DNA of 64,000 bases from Phyllosticta citribraziliensis (GCF_038025025.1 NW_027117344.1:248001-312000), one strand, 5' to 3'; counted from the stretch's first letter, positions 10,469 through 23,789 are shown. Made by a program: numbers and translations. The notes: generated by a model not told the origin, from the sequence alone.

Positions 10469-13400
10469 TCACAGCCCAATCTTCTTCAGCCAGCTACTCC
10501 CCTTGCGCTCGCCCTTGGGCCGCTCCGCCGGCTGCCCGTCCCACGTCCGCACGCCCGGCTCATCCCACAGCACGCCACTATCTCTCTTTCTGCGGCCCTC
10601 TCCGCTCCCGCCGCCGTCACTGCTCCTCAGCCCCTCCGCGTCGTCTCTCCTGCGTCTGCGCCGGCGCCTGCCGCCGTCGTCATGCCCCGCGGCAGCAGCC
10701 GGGTCGTAGAAGCGGTCGCGGTCGTCGCTGAACTTGGAGTCGCGCTTGCGCGCCCGCCGCATCTCGTGGCGGTCCATGTCGTCGACGTACGCGGCGCCGC
10801 CGCCGTTATTGGGATCCAGCGCGGCGGCCGCGTCGAGAGCGGCCGGCGGCGCGTCGATGATGGTTTCGGCCAGGGGCACGGGCGGCGGCGGTTCGGCGTT
10901 GACTTGGTCGACCCACGAGCGCGTCTTGTCGCTGCCGCTGGCGGCTGAGCCGGAGCCGCCGCCGCCGTGGTGCTGGTGGTGGCGATGCGACGACGAGCGG
11001 TGCATTTGGCCGTTGCGCGGGTCGAAGTAGTCGCGGACGGGCTCGGTGTGCGAGCGGCGGAGCGGCGAGGGCTTGAATTCGGCGTCGGCGTCTGCGGCGC
11101 GACGAGTCCGCCGTTCGTCATGGCGGCGGCGACGGTCGTCTCTGTCGCGATCGTCGTCGACGCGTGTTGAATGGCGGCGCGAATCGGTGCGTGGGCGATG
11201 CGAATGGTGGGCCGAGGGCGAATCGACAGATACACCACCGCCATGCTTGTCACGACGACGGGTATGCCGTTCACGCCGCTCGCGCTCGAGCTCTGCCTGT
11301 TCTGCGGCCGCGGCCTCTTCTGCTTCGACGCGCTTGCGTTCTTCTTCCTCGACCCGTTTGCGCTCCTCCTTTTCCTTTCGGGCAGCACGACGAGCACGCT
11401 TCTCCTCTTGTCTCCTTGCTTCCACCTCTTGCTCTTCACGAAGTCGCTGCTCTTGCTCGCGTGCTTCGCGTTCCCGCTCTTTGACACGGCGCTCTTCCAG
11501 AACCTCCTTTTCCTTTCGCCGCTCGCGCCGGGCCCTCCTCTCCGCCCGGCGTGCCTCTGCGTCTTCAGCATCAGTCTCGCCGCTACCTCCTCGGCCAGGG
11601 GTAGGTTCCGGGGCGAATTCATCTTCAGACGCGGGCCGGGAGCGCTGGAGTCGTCGTTGCTCTCTCCTAAGCCGCTTGGCGTAGTCTTCATCGGCGGCCT
11701 TGGACTTCTTCCTCCTGCGCCCTTCGTCATCGTCCCTCACACCATTCCTCCGCTCATCAATCTCGGGGACGACGCTCTCCTTCTTCTTGGCCGAGCCGAG
11801 GCCAAATAGGCCCATCAGTCCGCCGCCTCCGCCTCCGTTCTCAGCCTTCCGCGGCGTCTCCACTCGCGACTCCTTCCTCTCCTTCCTCCGCCGTGGTTGA
11901 CTTTCTACGAAGACGCCGTCGTCGTCGCCTATGATAGCTTCAGGCCCTGCGTCCGCCGCATCGATGACGACGGGCGGCTCCTCGCCGTCCACCGCCACAT
12001 CCACATGCCGTGACTTGCGTCTCCCACTCTTGCGCGGCGACACCTCGTCCGCCTCGTCATCCACACGGCCTGGTCGGCGTCTACTCCCCGTCTCCTTGGT
12101 CGAATGGCGCCGCGACAAGCGCGTGCGCTCCCGCTCCGCCGACCGCTGCTCGCCCTCACTCAGGCCCATCATGCGCGCAGCCTTGGAGCCAACCCGATTA
12201 GCGCCAGGCATGTCGTCGGCGCGATGATCCTCGTCGTCAAACACGTCCTCGTGCGGGCGACGCGCCTTGTTGGCACTGCGCGGCGTCGGGTCCTTGAGCG
12301 ACTTCGACCGCAGCGGCGTAGCGCCTGCGAAGAAGGAAAAGCTGCTGGCGCGCGCCGCCGGCTTGGGGCGACCACCGCTGCTATTCTTGCGCTCGCCGGA
12401 CCCGGAACTCTTCGAGTCGTCGCGATCAATTGTCTTCTCTTTCTTGGACGAGTGCCGCTCGCGCACCATGGCACCGCGGACGGGCGTGCGCGCGGGCGTC
12501 GCGCCGCTCTCGCCGTTGCTCTTCTTGCGCACCGTCTCGCGCACGACTGCGGGCCCGGCGGTTGCGCCCCAGAAGCCCCACGAGGTGCCGGCGTTCTTGT
12601 CGCGGATGACCTTTGGGCGTTCCTTTTTAGATGCCTCGGACTTGGGGGCCGACGACGTTTTTGTCTCAGCAGCAGCAGCAGATGTATCCACTTCTGGCGC
12701 GGCAGGTGGAGGTGCAGCAGAGACGGTTTCGTCGTTGTTGGGGGCGGGCGGCAGATCCGAGGGAGGCAGGTCAGAGACGATGGCTGGGTCCGCGGCGGCG
12801 GTTTGTTCCGCAGAAAGAGGTGGTTGGTCTGGCGCGGGAGTGGGTGGTGCCGCATCCATTTTACTACCACCACCGCTGCCGCCCTTGCTCTTCTTCTTCT
12901 TGTCCTTTTCCTTTTCCTTCTTACTTTTTGCAGGCGACGCTTTTTCCTTGCCAGCTGGCTCGGGCTCGACAATCAGGTCTTGCGGCGCAGGCGGCACGTC
13001 GACGACGTAGTCGTCTTCGTCTGCAGGAAAACCGCCGGGGATCGGCGACACTATGTCGTCGGCTGCGTGTTCGGGTTCTGGATCGGGCTCGACGGCGACG
13101 GGAGGTGGCTCCGCAGGTAAAGTCTTGCCCTTTGCAGCTTTCTTGGCGGCCTTTTTGTCCGCGCGCTTGTCCTTGGAGCTCTTTTTGACGTCGTCGTGGG
13201 CCGGCGGCGAGGTCGCGTCGCCCCAGATGTCGTCGTGGTCAGGTTCGGCGGTGGTCTCGTGGGCAGAGATTATTTGCGGTGGCAGGGGTGACTCGTGATG
13301 TGGTGGTGGTGGTGGTGGCGCATCATCGAGCAGCTCGTCACCGGCGGCGAACGCAGCAGGTGGCACGGGCGGCACCTCGAACGCTTTGAGTCGATCCGCT

Positions 13401-16400
13401 ATCTTGCCGTTTTTCTTTTTCAGTTTGCGCTCGCTGCCTGGCGACGACGGTGCAGTAGCAGCAGCGAAAACAGGGTCCAGGTCGGCGGGTTGATGTGGTG
13501 CGTGTGCTTCCCCGCCGCCATCGTCTGCCGGCCACGCCCACTCGGAGCCGCCGTGGCCATGGCCGTCGACTGCGAATGGGTCAGCACCACCACCGCTAGC
13601 AGTGTTCAGCCCTAAACCCGTCGTCGTGTCAGCTGCCACAACGGCGGCTGGCGGTGCCTCGCTGGTGCTGTTCGTCTTGGCGCTTGCGCCTGCTGCCTTG
13701 CCGTCCTTGTCCTTGTCCTTGCCCTTTTTCGTCTTCTTGAGCGACACGCCCCAGAACCCACCTGCGCTGTTGTTGTTACTGCTGCCAAACCCCCACGGAT
13801 CACCGCCGCCACGGTCCAGCTTGGGCGACGTCTTTGTCGAGTTGGTCCCCGTCGGCGCCGGCTGATCGTCAACGACGGTAGCGGGGACGGGAGCATCCGC
13901 CGTCAAAGGGTCTGGCACGCCAGGGTCTGGCACGTGCTGGGGTTCGGGTTCCGCTGTCAAGACATCATCGACGACAACAGCAGCAGCGTCCTTCTCCTTG
14001 GCGCCGCCCTTTTTGTTTTTCCTCTTGTCCTTTTTCGACACCGGTGACGTCTTCGCGGCGGCTTCTTCCTCCGCCTTTTTGCGCGCCGCCTCTGCCTCTT
14101 CTTCCTCGAGCCGCTTGGCCTCTTGCTCCTCGGCCAGGCGGCGCGCCTCTTCTTCTTCTGCTTGGACGCGCGCCGCCTCGGCCTCTTCTTCTGCGATGCG
14201 CTGGGCTTCTTGCTCTTCGGCCTCCTTTGCGGCTTTCTCGGCTGCTTCTTTCTCCTTCTTCTCTTGCTTCTCTCGTTCCTTTTTCTCTTTTTCGAGCTCC
14301 TTTTTAGTCTTCTTCTTGGTCGAAGTCGACGTGCCCCACAGACTCCAGCTGCTCGATTTTTCCTCCTTGTCTTTCTCCTTCTTGTCCTCGACCGCGGCGT
14401 CGGGCGCTGCCTCTGTCATTTCGTCTGTCTCAGTGTGCGCAACAGCAGTGTCCTCACCTTTGACGTCGTCAGTCTTTGGCGGCTCCTTGTCTTCAGCCGC
14501 CAGAGGCGGCTCAGGGGCGGACTCCACGACATCTTTTCCCTTTTTGCCCTTCTTCCCCTTCTTAGTCGTGACAGGCGTGAACCACGAGTCGTCAGCCGGC
14601 GCCGCCTCAATGGCAAGCGGATCAGGGAGCGGCGGCGGGGCGACCTGCTGGTCGTGATTGTCGAGCGCCTCCTCGCCAGGGGGCGTGGGGGCAGGGGGGA
14701 AATCCCACACGCTGCCAGCACCACCAACGGCGCCGCCCTTTTTGCTCTTCTTGGCCTTCTTGCCTGTGCCGAAGCCCCACGCGCCCCAGCCGGACGGCTC
14801 CTCGTCGCCGTCGCCATCAGGCTGCTGGACCTGCGCGGCGCCCGTCAAGGCGTCGTCGTTGTCATGCGTCACGTCGTCCGCAGCTGTGCCGTCCTTGTCC
14901 TTCTTCTTGTCCTTTTTGCCCACGCTCCACACGCCGCCGCCGTCGTCGCCGTTGGCGGCTGGCGCCTTGGGCTCGTCCACGCCGTCCGGCTGCACCGTGG
15001 GGACGTCTTCAAAGCCGGTGGGCGCGATTTGCTGTCCCTTTTTCTTCTTCTTTTCCTTCTTAGACGTGCTCCACGAAAAGCCCCAGTCGTCAGGGTTGTC
15101 GATCGGGTCGGCGGCGGCAGGGGGAGGGACAGGGGCGGCAGGCGGTGTCTCCTCTGCCGTCTTGCCCTTCTTCTTCTTATCCTTTTTCGACGACGGCGTG
15201 GCCCACTCGTCGTCGGCATTGGCTTCAACGAGCGCATCTGGCAGCGGCTCCGTCTCGTCCACAGGAGGATCAGGTGCAGCCGGGGTTTCCGCAGAAGGCA
15301 GGGGGTCAAGCGTCTCCACACCCCCTTTCCCCTTTTTCTTCTTCTTGTCCTTCTTGCTCACGGTGCCCCATCCTCCCCAATCGTCCTCTGCGGGCGCCGG
15401 TTCGGGAGCAGGCGACTCGACGACGGGTGCTGATTTGAGTTCGGGTTCGGGCGTCAGATCGAGCAGCTTGCCCTTTTTGTTCTTCTTCTTGTCCTTCTTG
15501 GACACGGCGGTGCCCCACTCGTCGTCCGCGTTGGCTTCGGCGGGTAGTGTGGTTGCTTGTTCTTCAGTGAGTTCAAGTTGCGTAGATTGCGCTGCGTCAG
15601 GGTCCAAATCAAGAGCGGGAGCGTTCGAATCAACAGGGGGTTCGTTCAAATCTTCAAGGGGGTCGTCCAAATCGACTGAAGCAAAAGCAGGGGCGTCCAA
15701 ATCAATCGAATCAAAAGCAGGGGCTGGCGGTGCTTCGTCTGAACTCGCTGCAACAGGCGCACTGGTGTCTTGCTCTAAATCAGTAGCACTCTTACCTTTG
15801 CCTTTCTTCTTGTCCTTCTTCCCAGTACTGACGGTCCACTCGTCGTCTGCATTCGCCTCCGTGGCAGCGGGTGCAGGATCAATCCCTGGTGCGGAGTCTG
15901 GTGTTGGGTCGACAATGGCCGCAGCCGCAACAGCCGCCGACGCCTTTTTGGCGGCCTTCTTCTTGTCCTTTTTGCTCAACGCCATGCCCCATGCGCCCCA
16001 CTCGTCTTCGGGCTTCGCCTCGCCGGGTGGAGCGACGGGCTCCGGCGGGGCCTCGACGACGGGGTCTGGGGTCGACAGAGGCGGGTCCTCGACAGCGAGG
16101 GCATTTGCGCCCTTCTTGTTCTTCTTCTTGTCTTTCTTGTTGCTCACGGTGCCCCAGCCGCCCCATTCGTCGTCGGGCTTGGTCTCTGTCGCTGCCGCCG
16201 GATTGAATCCAAAGTCGAACCCCGTGTTGATCTTGTTCCCAAAGCCGCTGCCACCCCACGCCGTGCTCACGTCGGCGGCATCTTTGGCCGCGTCCGTCTT
16301 CTTGTCGTCCTTGGCCCCGAGTCCCCAGTCCGTCGTCGAATTGCCCCAGCTAAAAGCGCCAAAGCCCGTGGTCGCAGGCTTACTATCCGCGTCGCCGAAC

Positions 16401-17688
16401 GAGAGGTCGATCTTGGGCGCGTTGGTTCCGAGGTCGAACGCCATATCGCCGCCGTCGGCAGCAGCAGCAGCGGGGGGAGGGGCAGGCGGGACGGGGTCTG
16501 GGGCGCTGTTCTACGCTGTTTGTCAGACGGTGGCAAGCGTGGGAGAGGTGTTTTTATTTTAGGCTGACGCGGATGCTGCTGTCCCACGGTCGTGCGGTTG
16601 GAGCGCAATCGCCGCCGGGCACGTGGGGAGCTTGTACAAGCAGAGCACAATGCCTGGCAGCGTTGCAACGGGACGGCGGCAACGGTAATTGGAATAAGAC
16701 TCACCTTCCCCTTTTTTCCCTTCTTCTTCTTCCCAACGGTGCCCCATCCGCCCCACTCGTCATCAGGATTCGCCTCGATTGGCGCTGGTTCTGTCGTGGC
16801 GGGAGGGTCACCGCCAGGCATCGCAGCGCCAGCATCACCGGCATCATCATTGCCAGCCTGCGGCTCTTCCTCTTGCGGCTTGTCCTCTTCGTCATCGTCG
16901 AGCATGGCAAAAGGATTCTTCTTCTTGGCCTTCTTCTTAGCCTTCTTGCCAGCTGGCGCCATATTCCACTCGTCGTCATCGTCATCTTTCTTGTCATCTC
17001 CGTCGCCACCATTGTTGTCGTCTCCTCCACCTCCAGCATCACCGCCAGCACCACCGTCGGCGCCATTGTTGTCTCCATCGCCGTTCGGCGCGTCGCCTGC
17101 GCCGTCATTTTTCTTGCCCTCGTCGTCGGATTCGGCCCACGACGCCATCTGCTTTTTCTTCTTTTTGGGCTTGTGCTCGCGCACGCCAGTGGCGGTCGAA
17201 AGATCAATCTGTGGGTGTATGTTTTGGCCGAATAACGAATCGTCTCTTCTTCTTTCGGACTGTGGTTTCGAGGGGTAGGCAGAGTATGGTGGAGGAGCGT
17301 CGGATTCGGATATGGGCCTCGCCGTCGCCAATGCATCGCTGGACGTGTAGTCGGGAGGAGCATCATTCAGTGAGTCCTCGTAGCTGGGGGGCGAATCTGC
17401 TTCTGCAGCTGCACTGGGGCGATACGGCGCCAACAACTCTGGCCGCCCTTTGCGCAAACCATCCCCTGCGAAACCGGCGGCAATCTTCGTCAAAGACGCT
17501 GCTCCCCAATCCGACCAGCACAGTTCCAATATCTGTTTCCGTTCCCGCGATGTCCCAGCATCTCCACGCGCGACCAGCGGCCGTGGCGTTCGCAGGCTAC
17601 CAGCCAGTCCCTGCGCGCCGTCGCAGCCGCCATCGTAGCCAAGGGTTCCCGGTGGCGCAGCCGGCAAGACGTCAAACGACGCCGCCAT
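10469..17688 (-). CDS. Very large (~2300 aa) disordered protein with repeated acidic-Trp/poly-Lys motifs and coiled-coil segments; function unknown
   Basis: Exon 1 17688-16705 (MAASFDV...GKKGK) joins in phase 0 via intron 16511-16704 (GTGAGT...TAG) to the long open frame ending at 10469. Motif DDEWG(G/A)WGTVSKKDKKK recurs. The start codon is uncertain. Confidence 0.8.
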
Positions 17689-20600
17689 CTTCCACCGCGA
17701 GAGGAGAAGAGGAAGGGACGCACACAAAGATCGATGCAGAGCGGACGGTGGCGTCGGCGGACATGGAGCCAGAGCGATTGCGCGCGGGTCCGTCGTTGTA
17801 TGCGCGCGCAAAAACGAAGCGAGGGATTCGCGCGACGATGTTGGCGGATCGGATTGCGAGGCAATAATCTTGTGTGCGTGCGATGTGAGAGGAGATTCTG
17901 TAAGACGGAGACCTGGCGAGTTGGGTCAGCGCAGCGCAGCGTAGCGCAGCACTCGCAATTGCACGCGCGCCGGGGGGCGACACAGGCAGAAAGGTAGGTC
18001 ACCGGGATGTGCCGTCACCGCAGGCAGGAGAATTCGTCAGTCGTTCTCGTCCCTTGATGTTGGAAATAAGCAAGGTGGCCAGGGTCCGGGCAGATATGCT
18101 CGGAGCTAGCGAGCGGAACGAGGTTAAGGGTAAAGGTAAGGTATGTACTCGTATAAAGGTAGGTCAGCCGGCCGGGTGTCGATCCAAAAGGTCAGGCAGG
18201 TTCCGAGAGAGAAGGTAGTTAAACGGTGGTAATCAAAAGTCGTCCTGTCGGCGCCTCCAGAAATGTGTAACTGGAACGTTGGGCTACCGGCGCGTCGGGT
18301 GTGCAAAATGAAAGATGTGCCGCAGCCTGCTCTCGCCCGCCCAAGGCAAATTTGTACAAGAAGGTATGTACTCGAGCGAAGCGGAAATATGGACGACCTG
18401 GCAGTGATAACAAGGCCTTTTCACCCCCTTTTCAGAGACTCTCTTTGGCGATCAAGCCTGCTGCGTCGTTTGCATTGGCCGGGATCCGACCTACTTCAGC
18501 TTCATGTAGCTTAGGCCGGTTACGCAGGAAAATGTCCCTGGCTTGAGGGTTTTGGTCGGGCAGCTCGTTTGGTTGGAGCGCAACCTGGTCACGAGGCCGG
18601 CCAAACAGCAGGCAGAATGCAGCGGGGGCGAGCTCGTTGGACAGAGGTGGTTGTGACGAAGTGGTCTGGCGGCGGCGATAATGTAGGCCAGGCGGCGCCG
18701 GGATAATGCAAGATGCGGCAGTGAGGGTGTCGTCGTGCGATTGGGGGCGTTGTGGCGCTTCCCGTGGGTTGCGTGGGTGGTGAAGGGAGCAGACGGCGAG
18801 TGGTGATGGAGTCTTTCTCTCCAGTCGCAGCCAGGGCGGGACAAGCAGATGAAGTAACGACAACTCTAAAGATAAAAGTGGAGAGCGGCAACCAGAGTTT
18901 TGCGACTAAATGGCTAGGTGCATCTTGCAGCTGCAGGTTGGGGCTGGGAACAAGGGCTTTGTCTCGTCGTTCGTTCGGCAACGAGCCTGTCACCTCAGTC
19001 TCGTCGAGACAACATCAGCCCGAAGCGTTCCTGTTTCTTATCCTAGCGACATTGTTAGCCTCGTGGGAATACATGGTATGGCGTGAAGAGCGAAGCGGCG
19101 AGTTGAGCCAATCCTCGCGTGCATGGCCGGTCGGCTCTCATCCCATCCATCCCATGGCGTGCATATCTGCACTCGTTCGTCTGCAGGCACGTACGCTTGC
19201 TCGCTCGAACCAACCTACCAACCAAGAGCCCGAATCGCCTGACCACCCACTGGACCCAGTTGCGGTGCAAAACCACCGACTCGTCCGCCACCCGAGTGAA
19301 TCATCGTCGTGGGCCTCGTTCGCGTGGTGCTATCCGTGGCATGCATCGTCCAGTCAGCCGCACCGAGCCTCGAGACCCTCATCCAAGGCGTAGGTAGGTA
19401 GTTGAGGTATCCGGGCGTGCAATCGTCTTGTCCCGCGTCCAGCAAGAATCATCTGTTCCATCCGTCGCCGTTTTCAGGCCACGCTCTTCTGCAGCGCCAT
19501 GCCATGCCATGCACTCGCTGCTGCCAACACCATCCATCCGTCGGCCAGTCGCAAACGCTCACCGCATCTTCGACTCTCACCAATCAAGGCGGCCGTCGCG
19601 CCCTGCCCTGGTCCCAGTCGCCGTGGTGCAGGTCCGAGGGATGCTGGCTGTCTGTCAGTCACTCTGGGCTAGGTCCGTCACGTCGGGCCCCGCATCGCCT
19701 GCAGGCATGAGGGGCCCGGCTGGCACGCCTGGCTGGCTGGCTGGCGTTGCGTCGTCGCCGGTGACGGGCGACTGACTGATGCCGTGGCGACTGTGATTGA
19801 CTGGTAACTGGTGACGGAAGTGCTTGGACTTCTGTGGATGGACTGGGTTGCGTGTGTGCTGGATTGACCGCCGCCGCCCGCCAAACGCTAGTCCACGACT
19901 TGGTAATGTACCTACCACGACCTACCTCTATCCTCCACACCCACACCCATCGCGTCCGTGTAGTCCCATCAGTCACTCGAGTCCAGAAGCCTCTGCACTC
20001 TGCAAAAGCCGCTGCCCTGCACTGCGCTGCGCTGCGACGCGATCCGCTCACCACCTCACCGCGCCTTGCCTCGCCTACACTTCATGCAATGCAGTACAAC
20101 AAAACCACACTGACAGCAGCAGCAGCAGGAATCATCCAACTGTTGCCGCAAACAGGCGAGGAAAATTTTCTGCGTGCTTGCAGCGGGGGTCTGGAACGAT
20201 GAGATGGTCTAAGTACATGGTGTCCGTATGTGAATGGTGTGTATGCTTGCGGTATTTATTTATTCAGATACATAAATAATCTCCTTTATCTATCTCTGTA
20301 TCTCTGTCTCTGCTCATTCTGTCTGTCTGGCCGTCCATCCATTCTGCACCGTATCCACCACCACCACCACTCCAACAACGACGGCTTGAAAAGAATAACA
20401 GCGTACATACGACATACTGAGTAGGTATACCGGTCTGCCTATCTGATCTGTTCTCTTCTGACACCAACGCAAGCGCATACAAGTCATTCCTCTCCGGGCA
20501 CAACATTCTCTCTCCACCCCTCCACCAACGCCGCACTCTCCCTCTTCCTTTCCCTTTCCCAAGTCCAATCCACAACCCCAAACAGACAAAAACGATAGGT

Positions 20601-21206
20601 ATCCACGCCCAAACCTCGACCTCATCCACCAAACAAGACAGACCAAAAGAATACAAGAGAGAAGGTAAAATATATACGAGGGTATAAATATACACATTAA
20701 AAAGCAGCGAGCGGAGGGATAATACGTATGATGCATCGGTCAGACGGCGCCTAGACAGATAGGGGTGGGGTTTGCAAATGCAACAGATGACTGCCTGACT
20801 GACGCACTGACGACAATGAGGAAGAAGACAGGAAGAGGTATCAAATATAGGGTCAACGAAGGCAAAACTCAAGTCAATGACGAAAGTAGGTGGAAGGAAG
20901 AAACGCAAAAGGCGTCAAGAGGTAGGATAAAAGGGGTAGGTAGACAAAAGATCAGGGCCGGCCGTAGCAAGAAGAAGAAGAGGAGCAAGAAAAAAGAAGA
21001 AAAGGCGTTTATGCATTGGTCCAAAGCCGTCAAAGCCGTAACCTCCTGGGGGTATGCGTCTAGATTTTGTGGTCCGCACAAAGGTAAAGAAATGTAGTTT
21101 TTTGTTTTGGTGGGAGAGAGGTCGAGATACGGAATTCAAGCGTGGGAAGCTGATCCTTGGATTGGAAAGGTCAAAGTGGCGAGTTGGTAACTCGGATGGA
21201 GTCACT

Positions 21207-23648
21207 TCACATTTGAATCTCCTCAGGCACGCCGTCCAAAATCTTCCTCGCGGCATCCAACCGGCGCCTCCAAATCTTCGTCTCGTACGCGTCCTCCTGC
21301 GCATTCTGCAGCCGCGCGCACACCTGCTGGATGCTCGTCGTCAATGCGTATAACAAGTCCTCGTCCTTTTGCGCCAGAGGAGTCAACTTATCCCGGGATG
21401 TCGACTGCGCAAAAAACGTCGCCATGATGCGCGCCGTCGAGTCTTGGCCGCTGCCGCTGCTAAAGTAGGCTTCGGAGGGCGGAGACTGAAGCAACGGGCT
21501 CGAGCCGTTGAAGGAGCTTCCAGACGAGTTCAGGTGAAGGGGGCTGTAAGACGAGGCGGCGGAGCGCAGGTGCTGGGATCCAGAGGCCGACGAGCTGAGC
21601 GACTGGTTGCTCCTTTTTGGGGCGATGGCCACGGCGTGAGCGGTGCTTCGTGCGAGATGAAGGTCGGCGGCTTCGTCTCCTTGCTCGTCTTCATCTTCTG
21701 ACGGCTCAATGTCAGCATCGGAACCAGCGTCGCGACCTTCAGTGGCAGTCTGAAATGTTGTAATGGAGGAGATGGAATCGGCCGATTTTTGGCGCTGGTG
21801 ATTCGGGACAGCCAGCCTACCAAGCTTTGGGGGGTTTCGTGCGTTGGCTCTGGCTGCTGCTGCTGCTGCGGCCGCATGGCGAGACGTAGGTCGCGTCGTC
21901 TCGACCGAATCTTCAGAAGAGGCGGAGCTTACGCTGTTGCTACGCTGTTGTTCGGCTCTGTAGGTCCCCATGGCGCTGTGGAGAAAGAAATTCTCATAGT
22001 CGAACGCATCGGCGCGGTCCTCGTGGCGTTCGGCCAAGGCCTGGTCAGCATCCTCGAATTCGTCGTCGCCGTTGAGTTCGCGGTCCTCTCGGTTGCGGTG
22101 ATTGCCATATGGCTTCACGGCTTGCGGTGATCCTTCGTCATAGTTGAATTCCTCGTCTGCGTCCTCGAATCGGCTGTAGTCAGAATGTTGACTGCTATGC
22201 CGGCGTCCTCTCAACTCCATCGCCGTGTGGGCGCGCGGAGCATGTCTCGCGCTCTTGGAGTGATCTGCGGCTTGCGAGCGAGAGCGTTGATGCGAATCAT
22301 CGTCTGCGTCCCAATGATTGCCATTGGCGTCAGAGTCGCGCAGACTTTGGAGACTTCGCCTCTTCAAGTGTTCCTCTCGTGCCCGCTCTCTCAATGTCGA
22401 TATCCGGTGGTTCAAGGTCTGCATCTGCGTGCGCAACTCGCTTGTTGTCGAGGCGGAACGGTGAAGAGTCGGACGCTGCTGCGTGGCTTCATCCTCCTTG
22501 AGAGTCTCGAGAGTGGGCGAAATTTGATGCATGGAGCCTCGGGACATGGACCGATGGCTGTGTTGCTCGCCCGAGACCCAAGTGTGTCTTATGGTTTCTT
22601 GACTTTTCGCGCCTCTCAGCGAGATCATCGAGTGTCTTGGATTGGTTTGTGGCCATTGCATCCTAAAAGTCCCCATGGCGCTCACGGCCCTCTGCGCCCT
22701 CCTCTGCGGCGTGGTTGCATTTTCTTGCGACATGTCCGACACTTCGCTGTGACCGCGCGTGTGACCGGGGGTGGTGGCGGTCGATCGTGCGGCGTGTTGG
22801 GGTTGCGGTATGTAAAAGGGGCCCTGGCCTTTGGGGGTTGGAGATATGCTGGACGGCCTCTTTGGAGTAATGTACGAGTTGTACTTGGGACGCGGAGGGG
22901 GTAAAAGGGACTGTCGCGCGCCTCGCAAATTGCCTTCCATGAGCTGTAGACGTGTCAGTCGGCAGGCTTCCAAATTGATGGCGCTAAAATCGCCACGTAC
23001 GTTTAGTCGCTTCTTCGCGTTTGCTAGAATCATCTCAGCCCTTTTGCTAAGCGCAGCCGAGGATATTGCCTCAAGGTCGAGTTCCTCGTGGCCGTCTTGG
23101 AACAATTCTGTATCCGTCTCTTCATCGCTTCCTGCCACGTAGGGCAAACTCGCCAACCTCGACGAGGCGTCGTCGGTGCCGTCGGCATCGCTTTCGACGA
23201 GAGGCCCGTCGAAGCCGGGCCAGTGATTGCGACGGTCGTCCGCCTCATGATTGCGGTCCGACTGCCAAGCCTGCATGACGATTGCGCGCGGTGATGGCCG
23301 GAGCGAAGATGAAGAGTCCATGTCATGTTCCCTGCGGACCAGTCGTTGGGGGGTCGTGTCCCCGTCGTCAGTGGACGCGCCGTAGGAATGGTGAGTGTAG
23401 CTGGTGGGCGGACGCGACGGCAGGGGTTTCACGCCGGGAGATGGACTGGCCAGGCGAAAGGACTCGCGCAGCAAGTGGGCGGGAGGGGACGGCGGGCGAG
23501 TGGGGTGCAGCTGTGGAGATGGGGTCGAGTCGAGCGAGTCGCTGAGGTCAGGAAGAATCAGGTCGGGGTTGGTGAGGGTTGGCGACGAAGGCTCCTGGGT
23601 CATGTCTTCCCAAGTCACCAAGTTGGCGCTGCTTGCGCTGGAGAACAT
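21207..23648 (-). CDS. Conserved-looking fungal hypothetical protein (probable 57-nt intron 22944-23000)
   Basis: 813-aa ORF with coiled-coil segments (RAEMILANAKKRL..MEGNL; ELRTQMQTLNHRISTLRERA), a RHEDRADAFDYENFFLHSAMG block and C-terminal WRRRLDAARKILDG. Canonical GTACGT...CTGAC...CAG intron. Confidence 0.8.
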   Translation of the reverse strand: MFSSASSANLVTWEDMTQEPSSPTLTNPDLILPDLSDSLDSTPSPQLHPTRPPSPPAHLLRESFRLASPSPGVKPLPSRPPTSYTHHSYGASTDDGDTTPQRLVRREHDMDSSSSLRPSPRAIVMQAWQSDRNHEADDRRNHWPGFDGPLVESDADGTDDASSRLASLPYVAGSDEETDTELFQDGHEELDLEAISSAALSKRAEMILANAKKRLNVRGDFSAINLEACRLTRLQLMEGNLRGARQSLLPPPRPKYNSYITPKRPSSISPTPKGQGPFYIPQPQHAARSTATTPGHTRGHSEVSDMSQENATTPQRRAQRAVSAMGTFRMQWPQTNPRHSMISLRGAKSQETIRHTWVSGEQHSHRSMSRGSMHQISPTLETLKEDEATQQRPTLHRSASTTSELRTQMQTLNHRISTLRERAREEHLKRRSLQSLRDSDANGNHWDADDDSHQRSRSQAADHSKSARHAPRAHTAMELRGRRHSSQHSDYSRFEDADEEFNYDEGSPQAVKPYGNHRNREDRELNGDDEFEDADQALAERHEDRADAFDYENFFLHSAMGTYRAEQQRSNSVSSASSEDSVETTRPTSRHAAAAAAAARANARNPPKLGRLAVPNHQRQKSADSISSITTFQTATEGRDAGSDADIEPSEDEDEQGDEAADLHLARSTAHAVAIAPKRSNQSLSSSASGSQHLRSAASSYSPLHLNSSGSSFNGSSPLLQSPPSEAYFSSGSGQDSTARIMATFFAQSTSRDKLTPLAQKDEDLLYALTTSIQQVCARLQNAQEDAYETKIWRRRLDAARKILDGVPEEIQM

Positions 23649-23750
23649 TATTGCGAGAGTGGTGTAACCCGTTGAGCGAGACGACCGGGATGTCCTAGCA
23701 ACGAGGATTCAGGGCATGACGGGACGGCGGCTGTCGTGTGGTGGTCGCTA

Positions 23751-23789
23751 TGCGCTGCGCTGCGCTGCGCTGCGATGCGATGCGATGCG
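23751..23789. repeat. Compound pentanucleotide microsatellite (TGCGC)n(TGCGA)n
   Basis: tgcgctgcgctgcgctgcgctgcgatgcgatgcgatgcg seen directly. Confidence 0.85.

Noticed and set aside
14658..16562. 634-aa + strand ORF with FFFLSF repeats
   Set aside because: Reverse complement of the poly-Lys motifs of the large minus-strand gene.
20405..20450. acatacgacatac resembling the 5' end of ascomycete 5S rRNA
   Set aside because: Similarity stops after about 12 nt; no internal A/C boxes or complementary 3' end.
18000..21200. Numerous short ORFs in a 3-kb intergenic stretch
   Set aside because: No domain, codon or splice pattern recognisable; likely promoter and UTR sequence.
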